Shown: piece after piece, positions 29,578 to 43,976 of the stretch | How positions within the stretch are numbered: position 1 is the first letter of the stretch | Layout: every line of letters starts with the position of its first letter | Source: Eledone cirrhosa | Lineage: Eukaryota | Reading direction: 5' to 3' | NCBI GenBank assembly: GCA_964016885.1 | Contig: OZ024760.1 | Span: 33,666,001-33,730,000, forward strand | Length of the DNA stretch: 64,000 bases | The notes under the pieces: model-generated | What the model was told of the DNA's origin: nothing | Databases searched by the model: none | What the model saw: only the letters and a program-made list of their open reading frames with translations | Translations under genes and position numbers: made by a program

Positions 29578-30533
29578 GGTTGGTAGAGAGCCAGACTGTA
29601 TACTGAGGCTTAGAAATCCTGGTGTGAGGACCTTGAGATATTAGAGGTGGGAAATTGTCTGGTCGTGGGAATGTGGGGATAAATAGAAACCTCTGTCTCC
29701 TAAACAATGTGGTTATGTGGCTTGGAAGGAGAGTTTAATTCACACGAATCTATTTCAGATGAATAGGTGTGAATGTCATTGAGGGAGAGAGGGGAGGGGG
29801 GGATGCTGAGAGAAGGATTGGGGAGAGAAGGGAAGAGAGAGAGAGAGGGAGAGAGAGAGGGCGAGAGAGAGAGGGATTTGGAAGATAGGAGAGAGAATAG
29901 AGAGATAGAGAGAGAGGGAGTGGGGAGATAGAAAGAGTGTGTGAAAGAGAGAGAGTGAGTGGAGAGATAGGGAGAGAAAGAAAGAGAGGTACAAACGCAC
30001 GTATACCTACCTAATTACACACACAGAGACACACACACACAACACACACTCAACACACACACACACACACACACAGACGCTAATAAACATTCATTAATGA
30101 AGAGATTTCTAGAAAGTGTTACGTCATCAAATCCGCTTTCTCTTTCTCTTTTCCTTCCCCTTCTCCGTCTCCTCAACCTTCCTCACGCTCCCTCTTCCTC
30201 CTCATCCTTCTCCCATCTTCCTCCTTCTACCACCTCCTCCTCCTGCTATCATCCTCAACAACAACACCATCATCATCATCATCAACAACATATTTAGCAG
30301 GCTCCTTAGTACAGGCCCTCCTCACCTAACACCCCAACATTGCTGATATGTGGACCTCTGTTCAACAATGGTGTGGAGGATGGATCCAGCTATCAGCTGA
30401 GTCAATTGTGAAGATCACCCAGTCATCTTCATTTAGTCAGCAAGAGCAGAAAGTTTTGATCTCCGTCTGGTGGCCATGGCGAAAGACTTCCCGTGGACAA
30501 GATTAAATATGTTGAAGACAAGAAACTGTTCTC

Positions 30534-30969
30534 TTTGGTCAAACCCTCGCCGAGTTTGGTCAAACCCTCACCAAGTTTGGTCAAAACCTCACCGAGTTTG
30601 GTCAAACCTTCATCCGCTTTGGTCAAACCCTCACCAAGTTTGGTCAAACCCTCACCGAGTTTGGTCAAACCCTCACTAAGTTTGGTCAAACCCTCACCAA
30701 GTTTGGTCAAACCCTCATCAAGTTTGGTCAAACCCTCACCGAGTTTGGTCAAACTCTCACCGAGTTTGGTCAAACCCTCACCAAGTTTGGTCAAACCCTC
30801 ACTGAGTTTGGTCAAACCCTCACTGAGTTTGGTCAAACCCTCATCAAGTTTGGTCAAACCCTCACGGAGTTTGGTCAAACCCTCACCGAGTTTGGTCAAA
30901 CCCTCACGGAGTTTGGTCAAACCCTCATCAAGTTTGGTCAAACCCTCACCGCGTTTGGTCAAACCCTCA
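30534..30969. repeat. 21-bp minisatellite (tttggtcaaaccctcaccgag), ~21 copies
   Basis: Directly visible. Confidence 0.95.
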
Positions 30970-30993
30970 ATTGTCAAGTTTTACTTGAATAGG

Positions 30994-31120
<127 letters not shown>

Positions 31121-31644
31121 CCGTCTTCCATGAGATTTATTGAAAAGGGGATGAGAGTGGTGAACATGGTCCCAGTGGATTGGAGGAGGACAATTGGGTG
31201 AAATCACTTTCCTTAGTGGTCAGTGTGACCATGGCTTTTATTTTTCACGAGGATTTTTGTCACCCAGAAGCCACCCAGATTTCACCTATTTATGAATCTT
31301 TTTTCCTTTTCATTTCATTCTTAATCATTTCCGTCACATTTTTAATTTCGTCATTTTCCGTTTCTTTCATATAAACCCACACAATGTTGCCACTCAACGG
31401 CTTCCATCTTTGTGTGAGATCTTCTGGTTAACAAAGAAAATTGTCTTCTTCTTTGAATATTTGAAAATATTTTTCGAGGAAGTTCCCAAAACAAACACAC
31501 ACACACATACATATATATGTATACACACATATATATACATATATGTATTCAATATATACATATATATACATATATGTATTCAAGCAAACTTCAATACTCT
31601 CTTATACATATATGTATATATATATGTATATATGTTTATGTATA

Positions 31645-31690
<46 letters not shown>

Positions 31691-32711
31691 TAAACAAATA
31701 ATGAACAAACAATTCCTTATATTAAACAAAAAAAGTTCACTATTTAACGATCGTTTCTAGGGTATATATGTGTTATAATTGGTATGCATATTCAACAGAT
31801 CTATGTACAAAATTATATAAAATTATACAAATTATCAAGATTAAATATACATACCTAACACATATATACGCCGTCTTCAGAAATAATGAAGTATATTTAT
31901 TGATAATAACAACAATTCAAAATATCAGTTCAAAATTGACCAATGAAAACACAAAGGGTTAAAAGCAGTTTGGTGTGTGTATATACATGTAAAATCCTTA
32001 CACATATTTTACAATAATGTGTGTATAATTTGTATGCGCATACTAAAAAGATGGATGCAAACACAAAATTTCAAGGTTAATATCTCTGTAAGCTTAATGC
32101 GCTGATAAGATGCGCATTGATACTTATGGAGTCAAGCATATAAATATATTTTTTCATACTCACACATATCAGTATAATCACACATACATGCGCGTATATG
32201 CATAAATATACACATAACCACGAACATACAAACACACACACTCCCCCACTCACATTTATATATGTGGATATAAAATCATAAGCACATAGAAATTAAGTCA
32301 CTCACATAAAACACTGGCACACACATTTCAAGATCAAGATACAGAAATTTGGTGGGAGGGGGGGGAGGGGTCAGTATTAGATTGTCTGAGCAGACTGCCT
32401 AATATAAATGTATCTATAAATTAAGAAAAATAAAAAAATAAAAACAATAAAATATAATAAATATAATATAATGTACATACACATACAGATATACATACAC
32501 ATACATACATGTACGCGCACATAGAGATATTTACGCATACACACATACACACATACATATACAGTCATACACACACATACACTTACACGAACATACATAT
32601 ACACATATAAAAAGATATATATACACACACCCACACGCGCAACACATACACACATACACATATATATAAAAAATAGATAATAAAGATATATATCCATATA
32701 TATATATATAT

Positions 32712-32758
<47 letters not shown>

Positions 32759-32849
32759 CACATACACATACATACACATACATCTAAATATACATACACA
32801 TACATACACACATACATGTACATACATGTACATACATATACGCACATCG

Positions 32850-32899
<50 letters not shown>

Positions 32900-33231
32900 T
32901 CACATAGACATAAAGATACATACACACACAACTTACATACACACGTATATATATATATATATATAGATGTACCTTCATACATAGAATTAGATATATAATC
33001 ATACACACATATGCACCTACTTATACTCATATAAATAAATACATACGCTTCCATATATGTGTATACACATAAAAAACAATACCACCTCACCAAACTCAGA
33101 CATACAAATGAAAATAATAATAAAAAAACGCATATGTATATACAAACACACACGCATTAATAGAGATATATATATATACACACATACATACACACACATA
33201 TAAATACATACACACACATATACATACACAT

Positions 33232-33280
<49 letters not shown>

Positions 33281-33288
33281 TAGACTCA

Positions 33289-33320
<32 letters not shown>

Positions 33321-33629
33321 AACCATATATATCCACACACTCATACCACCATAAATACACATACAAACACCCACATGCATATATATATATATATATCTAT
33401 ATACACACACGTATACATATATATATATATATACATACATATACATACACACATATATATACACACACACATAAAAAACAGACATGCACATATATATATA
33501 TATATATATATATTTCATTACTCTTATATATACACATATTATATATACATACACAACCTCACTTATACACATATACACATAAGTTATATTACAATAATAA
33601 TAAAGAATAATATACATATATATATATAC

Positions 33630-33661
<32 letters not shown>

Positions 33662-33778
33662 ATACATACATACACATACATACATACACATAAATATATA
33701 CATACATAAATACACACATACGAATAAAGACATATATTCACACATAGACACCTATATATATATATATATATATACATC

Positions 33779-33810
<32 letters not shown>

Positions 33811-35550
33811 CATATATATACACACATACACACACACACACACACACAGACACACATACACACTCACATATATATATATATATATGTGTATGTGAGTGTG
33901 CGCACATACACATATATACACACACACATACAAACACACACAAACACATACATATGCATACGTGCACACACACACACATATATTACATAGATACGAAGAT
34001 AAACATATAAATAGAGGGACATACAAATATATACACAACACATATACACATACATACATACACGCATATACATATACATACATATATACACATATAAATA
34101 TTCCTATATATACAAGCATACACATACATACACATATATACACATACATACACATATACATACAACACATTCACATACACATACATATATAATACATATA
34201 TATACATACATATACATACATATGTATGTACAATCATATATACACACACAGTCTTACATTCATATTTGCATGCTCATATATGTATTTTTATATTTAGATA
34301 TAAATACCCAAACCTATATAGACACCTACCTACACATATATTCATACATATACGCTTACAAATACAGATGATAATAGTATGGGGGAAAGGGGGGGTTTGG
34401 AGAAGGGGATCAAAGTAAATATATGTTTCAAGAAACATATAATATTTTCCGTATCTTAATTCAATGTATGTTCTTACATATTTTCAGTGCTAGGAAATAC
34501 GAAATCTATGCATCTCAAAATAAATAAGTATACCATTAATCATATGTTAACTAAACCAAAGATAGTCAACATATTGATTTCTAAGGTGTAAATTAGTTAG
34601 GATTATAATATTTGAAGCAGAATTATGAAGTCAAACAGTAGTAGATTATTAATTACATTATAACTAAATTAAAGTTAATAACGTTATGGTATCAATATTA
34701 GGAGATGAATTTAGTAATAGGGAAAAGAAACCCAAATAAAAATAAAATAAAATATTACATCGGTAGTAGCATATAAATTATATGTTAACTAAATTAAAAA
34801 TTATATATTTATTTCAATAGTATACGTTAATTAGTATATGTTAATTAGGTATACAATACATAAAGCAGATATTGTATTTCATCAATAGCATAATATAATT
34901 ATATGCAAATAAAAATCAAAATTAATACGCATACATATACATATACATACACATACACATATACATACATATACACACATATATATATATATATATACAT
35001 ATATATACATGTATACATATATACACACATAAACATACATACAGATACACATACACAACACACACATATACATATACATATACATATACATATCTTTTTC
35101 AAAAAATTGCACAGAATATATTAACTAGGTATATATCCAAAACACATCCCATTCTATGATTACATGACATTCTGCAATTCGTCTGTACAAGGATACTAAT
35201 TTTAAGCAAATTAAAATTAAAGTTTTAGGTTGATTAAAACTAAAACCAAATAATAAATATATTTCCAAAATGTATATTAATTAGGTCTATAATACTAAAA
35301 ATTCTTTCTCCGTCATTGGATACATGATATTATTTTGTTATATTTTATCTGTAAAAGAGTTATAATAAAAAGGTTTAAATAAATTAAAATTAATCTATAA
35401 ATTAAATTACTGAGTATATATTAGTAATATTTAAAGGTTTTTCACAATTTATGATTACATAATATTTTCTCATCTGTAATAAAATATTAATTAAATTAAA
35501 TTTATAGGTTAACTAACATTTAAATTAAATTAATTTCTAGAATAATGTTA

Positions 35551-37770
35551 TTAATTAGGTTTATAATATTTAAATGTTTTTTTTAGTTTATGATTACACG
35601 ATATAATTAATTCCTGTCGTTTATTTAATAAGACATCCTTAGACCTCATTATTTCAAATAGTTCTTGGGAACATAATCTACATTCCTTTCTATTATTTTG
35701 ATAAGGGGTGGCTCTTTTGAGCACACTCCAGGTCAAATCATATTTTATATTTTTATTTTTATAACTATTGATTTTTTCTGCTAGAGATGTTGTATTAGCC
35801 AGTGCGGCATTTTTAAAACTATGTTTGTGGGTATTAAACCTTGTCTTAAAATTGTTAGAGGTAGCTCCTATATATGAGCAAATAGAATCTTTAGTTTTAA
35901 CATTACATTTATAGACTATGTTGTTAACAAGACAATTCCCTTTTAATGGGCAGTTTGTTTTGTTTCTACAGTTACATCCTTTCGTTAATTCTGTATTTGA
36001 GGAGATATTATTGTTAATTTGATGTACTGGTGGTATACTTATGGTTTTCTTACATTTATATGCATTATATGCACTTATATTTTGTTTTATGTTATTTGTT
36101 GTAGAGTATGAGAATTTAACTGTAGACCTATTTAAGATTTGATGGTATTTGTGGTTTGGCGGGAAGTTTTTCTCAAGGATATAAAAAAATTTTTTAGCAA
36201 TATTATCCTTAACTTGTAAATTAAAAGGAGCATTATACCAAGTAACTCGTCTATTACGGTTTCTATGTTGTTTATTATTTTTATTATTTTTATAGGTTGT
36301 ATCATGATTTTTACTAGGAGGATTAATGTTAATGATCTCACCACAACTATTTTTAGTTATATTTGTAGATTTAGGTGTTTTATCTTTTTTATTAGGAGTT
36401 TTATTATTAATATTTATTATAGTTGTATGATGAGTAGTTTTTTGAGGGTTACTATACTTTATATTAGAAGATTTAGTATTTTGGGGTATATTGTGGGTGG
36501 CATTTAGGTGTGTACTTTTCATTTGGTGTTTGTTGGTAATATTATGCTGTATGCTTTCAGTATTTTTAGTAGAAGGTATATACTCTAATCTATTTTTGTG
36601 GCCACTTCTATCTAGAGCTTCATTATAAAAGGTCGCATTTTTATCAAATACATCTTGGTTAGAAGAAAGGTTAGAAATTCTAAGTGATATATTATATGCA
36701 AGGTTTTTAAGGATAGATTTAGGGTGATTAGATTGTGAGTGTATGTAATGTAAGTTTTGGTTAGGTTTATGGTAAGGTTGGTATATACCCGTAGCTAAAT
36801 CTAAAGTTATATCTAGGAAATTTACTACTTTACTTGTTTTTTCAAAAGTAATATTAAGATTATAATAGTCTTTAAGGAAAGTTCTAATATGCTTTTTGTT
36901 TTTTTCGATTTCTGAAAGGCTAAGGTTGTTAGAAAGAAGAAGACAGTCATCACGATATAAACCACCTTTGAGGTGGGGAAAAGAGGCATTTATGTTGAAA
37001 AGGAGAAAGAGGCCCACAAGATCAGTAATTTGGGCGGAATCGCTTGAACCCATAGTAATATCAAAAAGATTACTGTATGTGTTTCTGGTCCAGTATTCAT
37101 TCTGAAATTCAATAAGTGTTTGTCTAGCATGTGTAATAATGTTAATGTCATCCGAAGTTAAATTAGATCTATTTTTAGCAAATATTAATGCTTTGTTCAG
37201 GAGTATGGGTGATATAGAAGAATAGTAATTATCTATATCAAATTGTAGGAAAGAAGCAGAAGATTTACACCTAATATTTTTAAACCAATTAATTACCTGG
37301 GAGGTGTTTTCCCAGAGTGGTAAAATAACGTATTTTCTTATTTGTGGGATGACTCTATCTAAAATTTTTTTGCTAATTATTCCAATATCTGATTTGGAAG
37401 GACATATAAGTCTAATAGAAGGATTAGAGTTAAAGTTAGATTTGTGATCTTTCAGGTTGAAGTGTGGTCTTTTCAATGCCAAAGGTTCAGTTCTATCTTC
37501 AATATTTAGTTTTTTTACTATGTTGTGTGTTTTGTTGTTGATGTTGGTGAGTGACACATTATTAGATTTTTTATAATTTTTTCTGAGTTCTTTATATATG
37601 AACTCATTATAATGTTCAATATCCATATGATACAAGTTACCAGTTTTGTCCGAGTGGACATGGATTTTTTTAGACTTTTTTAGGTCCAATAGGGTAGAAT
37701 CAAGGTCCTTTTGAAAGACGGATTTATACTTTTTAAATTTGAGGTGTTTAATTAAATTAAAAAATATATA
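35551..37770 (-). CDS. PLE reverse transcriptase plus GIY-YIG endonuclease (N-terminus truncated)
   Basis: [77 protein letters not shown]; clade call from recalled motifs. Confidence 0.92.
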   Translation of the reverse strand, partial: YIFFNLIKHLKFKKYKSVFQKDLDSTLLDLKKSKKIHVHSDKTGNLYHMDIEHYNEFIYKELRKNYKKSNNVSLTNINNKTHNIVKKLNIEDRTEPLALKRPHFNLKDHKSNFNSNPSIRLICPSKSDIGIISKKILDRVIPQIRKYVILPLWENTSQVINWFKNIRCKSSASFLQFDIDNYYSSISPILLNKALIFAKNRSNLTSDDINIITHARQTLIEFQNEYWTRNTYSNLFDITMGSSDSAQITDLVGLFLLFNINASFPHLKGGLYRDDCLLLSNNLSLSEIEKNKKHIRTFLKDYYNLNITFEKTSKVVNFLDITLDLATGIYQPYHKPNQNLHYIHSQSNHPKSILKNLAYNISLRISNLSSNQDVFDKNATFYNEALDRSGHKNRLEYIPSTKNTESIQHNITNKHQMKSTHLNATHNIPQNTKSSNIKYSNPQKTTHHTTIININNKTPNKKDKTPKSTNITKNSCGEIININPPSKNHDTTYKNNKNNKQHRNRNRRVTWYNAPFNLQVKDNIAKKFFYILEKNFPPNHKYHQILNRSTVKFSYSTTNNIKQNISAYNAYKCKKTISIPPVHQINNNISSNTELTKGCNCRNKTNCPLKGNCLVNNIVYKCNVKTKDSICSYIGATSNNFKTRFNTHKHSFKNAALANTTSLAEKINSYKNKNIKYDLTWSVLKRATPYQNNRKECRLCSQELFEIMRSKDVLLNKRQELIISCNHKLKKTFKYYKPN

Positions 37771-38042
37771 AGATATATAAATATTGAAGATAGAACTGAA
37801 CCTTTGGCATTGAAAAGACCACACTTCAACCTGAAAGATCACAAATCTAACTTTAACTCTAATCCTGTAATATATGTGTGTGTGTGTGCACGTATGCATA
37901 TGTATGTGTTTGTGTGTGTTTGTATGTGTGTGTGTATATATGTGTATGTGCGCACACTCACATACACATATATATATATATATATGTGAGTGTGTATGTG
38001 TGTCTGTGTGTGTGTGTGTGTGTGTATGTGTGTATATATATG

Positions 38043-38074
<32 letters not shown>

Positions 38075-38191
38075 GATGTATATATATATATATATATATA
38101 GGTGTCTATGTGTGAATATATGTCTTTATTCGTATGTGTGTATTTATGTATGTATATATTTATGTGTATGTATGTATGTGTATGTATGTAT

Positions 38192-38223
<32 letters not shown>

Positions 38224-38532
38224 GTATATATATATATGTATATTATTCTTTATTATTATTGTAATATAACTTATGTGTATATGTGTATAAGTGAGGTTGT
38301 GTATGTATATATAATATGTGTATATATAAGAGTAATGAAATATATATATATATATATATATATGTGCATGTCTGTTTTTTATGTGTGTGTGTATATATAT
38401 GTGTGTATGTATATGTATGTATATATATATATATATGTATACGTGTGTGTATATAGATATATATATATATATATGCATGTGGGTGTTTGTATGTGTATTT
38501 ATGGTGGTATGAGTGTGTGGATATATATGGTT

Positions 38533-38564
<32 letters not shown>

Positions 38565-38572
38565 TGAGTCTA

Positions 38573-38627
<55 letters not shown>

Positions 38628-38959
38628 ATGTGTATGTATATGTGTGTGTATGTATTTATATGTGTGTGTATGTATGTGTGTATATATATATATCTCTATT
38701 AATGCGTGTGTGTTTGTATATACATATGCGTTTTTTTATTATTATTTTCATTTGTATGTCTGAGTTTGGTGAGGTGGTATTGTTTTTTATGTGTATACAC
38801 ATATATGGAAGCGTATGTATTTATTTATATGAGTATAAGTAGGTGCATATGTATGTATGATTATATATCTAATTCTATGTATGAAGGTACATCTATATAT
38901 ATATATATATATACGTGTGTATGTAAGTTGTGTGTGTATGTATCTTTATGTCTATGTGA

Positions 38960-39001
<42 letters not shown>

Positions 39002-39092
39002 CGATGTGCGTATATGTATGTACATGTATGTACATGTATGTGTGTATGTATGTGTATGTATATTTAGATGTATGTGTATGTATGTGTATGTG

Positions 39093-39147
<55 letters not shown>

Positions 39148-39970
39148 ATATATATATATATATGGATATATATCTTTATTATCTATTTTTTATATATATG
39201 TGTATGTGTGTATGTGTTGCGCGTGTGGGTGTGTGTATATATATCTTTTTATATGTGTATATGTATGTTCGTGTAAGTGTATGTGTGTGTATGACTGTAT
39301 ATGTATGTGTGTATGTGTGTATGCGTAAATATCTCTATGTGCGCGTACATGTATGTATGTGTATGTATATCTGTATGTGTATGTACATTATATTATATTT
39401 ATTATATTTTATTGTTTTTATTTTTTTATTTTTCTTAATTTATAGATACATTTATATTAGGCAGTCTGCTCAGACAATCTAATACTGACCCCTCCCCCCC
39501 CTCCCACCAAATTTCTGTATCTTGATCTTGAAATGTGTGTGCCAGTGTTTTATGTGAGTGACTTAATTTCTATGTGCTTATGATTTTATATCCACATATA
39601 TAAATGTGAGTGGGGGAGTGTGTGTGTTTGTATGTTCGTGGTTATGTGTATATTTATGCATATACGCGCATGTATGTGTGATTATACTGATATGTGTGAG
39701 TATGAAAAAATATATTTATATGCTTGACTCCATAAGTATCAATGCGCATCTTATCAGCGCATTAAGCTTACAGAGATATTAACCTTGAAATTTTGTGTTT
39801 GCATCCATCTTTTTAGTATGCGCATACAAATTATACACACATTATTGTAAAATATGTGTAAGGATTTTACATGTATATACACACACCAAACTGCTTTTAA
39901 CCCTTTGTGTTTTCATTGGTCAATTTTGAACTGATATTTTGAATTGTTGTTATTATCAATAAATATACTT

Positions 39971-40121
39971 CATTATTTCTGAAGACGGCGTATATATGTG
40001 TTAGGTATGTATATTTAATCTTGATAATTTGTATAATTTTATATAATTTTGTACATAGATCTGTTGAATATGCATACCAATTATAACACATATATACCCT
40101 AGAAACGATCGTTAAATAGTG
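39971..40121 (+). ncRNA. Type I hammerhead with 116-nt stem II region; inverted copy at 31738-31888
   Basis: cattattt CTGAAGA [..TATATATGTGTT..AACACATATATA..] GAAA CGATCG TT aaatagtg. Confidence 0.75.
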
Positions 40122-40308
40122 AACTTTTTTTGTTTAATATAAGGAATTGTTTGTTCATTATTTGTTTAATATTTTATCTTGACTCTGTATACCGTTTATC
40201 TTTCACCGAAAGTGGATTTTCATTACATCTCTTCTTTCCATGATATCCGGAATACATTGAGTTCTTCATACGGATTGGACACTACCGTAAACTCTTGGTA
40301 GATTTATC

Positions 40309-40349
<41 letters not shown>

Positions 40350-40488
40350 TTACAATATATATATACATATCTATCTATCTATAAATATATATATATACAC
40401 ATATACATATACATACATATACATATTCATGTACATACACATATATACATATATAAATATATATATACACATAAATATATATATACAC

Positions 40489-40569
<81 letters not shown>

Positions 40570-40804
40570 AAAGAATAGAGGTGTAACACACAAGTTATTA
40601 TATATTGGTAAACGGAATAGAAAATGCTGACAAATTGTTCACAGTTGAAAAATGGTTTAATTAGAAATAAAAGAGTATTAGTGATTGTATGGGTTAATAT
40701 TCAGTTGTGGTTTCAAGTTTTTAAGTTTTTACCGGTTGCGCATTTCTAAATGCTTTTCAAAAATAATTTTGAGATAGAGTGTCCGTGCTGTTTGCTCTGA
40801 TCTG

Positions 40805-40860
<56 letters not shown>

Positions 40861-40902
40861 ATATATATATATGTACACATATATATATACATATATATCT
40901 CT

Positions 40903-41489
<587 letters not shown>

Positions 41490-41620
41490 AACCAAATAAA
41501 TATATATATTTTTTTTTAAAATAAGACTCCAGTTGCATTTTCGATTTCATCTCTTTTTCTTTATACTTTCACTCGTGTAGGACACCTCGGTTATTTTTCA
41601 TTTTGTAAAAAAAACCTCAC

Positions 41621-41696
<76 letters not shown>

Positions 41697-41998
41697 CTTT
41701 GGGAGCCCCTACATGGACACACTAGAAGAGGAAGACCAAGGTTAACGTATGTTGATGCCCTAAGGACAGACACTGGTCTGTTGGAGACGCAGGACATGGC
41801 AGCGATAATGAGGGACAGAGACCGCTGGAGAGAACTCGTCCATGGATCTCGGGAATTTTACCCGCCTTAGATATATATATATATATATATATATAGTTAT
41901 GTAATAAACAACATAAGGCAATTATTCCATTTACCAGTGGTTTCTTAAAACCAAAAACTTTTCCTTTCAATCATCAGAATGAAAAAATCCAGGATTTT

Positions 41999-42056
41999 TT
42001 CATTCTGATGATTGAAAGCAAAATTTTTTGCTTTTAAGAAACCACAGGTAAATGGA
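41999..42056 (+). ncRNA. Type I hammerhead; inverted partner 41925-41983
   Basis: ttcatt CTGATGA TTGAAAGCAAAA-tt-TTTTGCTTTTAA GAAA CC-aca-GG TA aatgga. Confidence 0.8.
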
Positions 42057-42150
42057 ATAATTGCCTTATGTTGTTTATTACATAACTATTAAGCTCTGTT
42101 ACCTACATAGAGCACTCTTTTTTCCTGGACTTTTCCGACGGAATTACTTC

Positions 42151-42188
<38 letters not shown>

Positions 42189-42481
42189 ATACTTTGGGAG
42201 GGTCATGTTGCCAATAAATTCAGAAACGAAATATACATATATATATATGTAGTAATAATAATAAATTTGAAGACTAAAATCCAAAGAGGGCTCGATAAGG
42301 ATAAATATATATCAAATATATAAGAACCGTAGAGCAAATATTTATTAAAATAACAGATTAAAGTTTAAGCAAAGAATCGCTGCTTTCACCCTTAACGGGA
42401 TCTTCTGAAACTAACAAAGTCAATCTGTAAACGCAGAAGTGGATATTTCAAAAAAATCTGCGTTTACAGATTGACTTTGTT

Positions 42482-42532
42482 AGTTTCAGAAGATCCCGTT
42501 AAGGGTGAAAGCAGCGATTCTTTGCTTAAACT
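42482..42532 (+). ncRNA. Family A hammerhead variant (CAGAAGA core); copies 4024 +, 21680 -, 22672 +, 26086 +, 42362 -, 50161 +
   Basis: agttt CAGAAGA T-CCC-gttaa-GGG-T GAAA GCA-gcgattctt-TGC TT aaact. Confidence 0.65.
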
Positions 42533-42548
42533 TTAATCTGTTATTTTA

Positions 42549-42591
<43 letters not shown>

Positions 42592-42947
42592 AAAGTTCTA
42601 TTTAAAATTGTTGGGATACAACAAGTAAATATTTTTATAACTGATATAAAGCACTCGACAAGTATTTGGAGTAGATATACGATATTAATAAATGGAAACT
42701 ATATTTATAAAACCATATTTATTTCATTATACATATTTCAGGGATACCAAATTAAATTATGGTATGCCTTCATCAGACAAAATACAATATATAACAGTTT
42801 TACAAATAAGCTTTGACGTACCCTTTTAAAATGCAACCATTGTTTTTGGAAGCCATCCGGATAGTGACTATCCGGATGGCTTCCAAAAACAATGGTTGCA
42901 TTTAAAAAGGGTACGTCAAAGCTTATTTGTAAAACTGTTATATATTG

Positions 42948-43012
42948 TATTTTGTCTGATGAAGGCATACCATAATTTAATTTGGTATCCCTGAAATATG
43001 TATAATGAAATA
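42948..43012 (+). ncRNA. Type I hammerhead; inverted copy ~42720-42784, covarying copy at 63428-63492
   Basis: tattttgt CTGATGA AGG-C-ATACCA..TGGTAT-C-CCT GAAA TA-tg-TA TA atgaaata. Confidence 0.85.
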
Positions 43013-43162
43013 AATATGGTTTTATAAATATAGTTTCCATTTATTAATATCGTATATATATGTATATATATATGTATATATATATATATATGTATATGTA
43101 TATATATGTATATATATACATACATATATATATGTATATGTATACACATATATATATATACA

Positions 43163-43210
<48 letters not shown>

Positions 43211-43264
43211 AAATAAAATAATTACGTCAAATATTTAAAATTTGGCTTCGTTTATTAAAGATGT

Positions 43265-43319
43265 ACTGCTATATATATTTCGGTGGCAACCATCCTTGGC
43301 TGTGACCTCTTCAGGCAGT
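43265..43319 (-). ncRNA. Type I hammerhead
   Basis: actgc CTGAAGA GGT..CAGCCA-agga-TGGTTG..ACC GAAA TATATA TA gcagt, then AATAAA. Confidence 0.82.
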
Positions 43320-43680
43320 CCGAATTGATGTGGTAGAGACGGGTAGACATGTTGTAGAAGTGTTTAACTCCGTCAATACTCCGATATGCCCAGTTCCTGG
43401 TCGGGTTGTTATTTCTCCGAGGAACTAGAATCCTGTGTACCCGTCTCTACCACACCAATTCGGTGTTTGCAATTTTCAACTGTTTTCACAGTTGAAAATT
43501 GCAAACTTGACTGTCACCACACATTATGAACCTGAAGATTGCGAAAGCATGAAAGTACTTGTTCAATTAACACTTAACATTTAATATTCTATCATACTAT
43601 TTCATTATAATACCATTATAAATTTTAAAGGATTGTAAATAAAACGAGTAAATCAGACAAAGTTGGAATTCCTCTTAGTA

Positions 43681-43711
<31 letters not shown>

Positions 43712-43897
43712 GGTATGTATTGTGTGTTAGTTTCGCCTACCACAATGTTCGATTTGTCAAGCTATTTAAACGTATGTTATTACTCTGAGGCCCTATCTTA
43801 TCGAGTGCTTTGGTAACTCATTTTCATATAAGTAGGCCGAATTTACTTACAAACCGCCAGAGATTCGATTTTACTGATTTCCAATTATATATATACA

Positions 43898-43972
<75 letters not shown>

Positions 43973-43976
<4 letters not shown>

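Larger units (their letters stand above)
31685..40310 (-). mobile_element. Penelope-like element (Naiad-like) with ~2.3-kb inverted terminal arms
   Basis: 31685-33988 vs 37866-40152 near-identical inverted; RT-GIY-YIG ORF between them; hammerheads near both outer ends. Confidence 0.9.

Noticed and set aside
30534-30969. CRISPR-like look of the 21-bp array
   Set aside because: No unique spacers, eukaryotic context, no cas genes.
35551-37770. Selenoprotein-type Naiad (in-frame UGA)
   Set aside because: The ORF has no in-frame TGA; cysteines are ordinary codons.
37780-38478. N-terminal ~230 aa of the 975-aa ORF
   Set aside because: Chance read-through across the inverted low-complexity arm and junction filler; RT homology starts near 37770.
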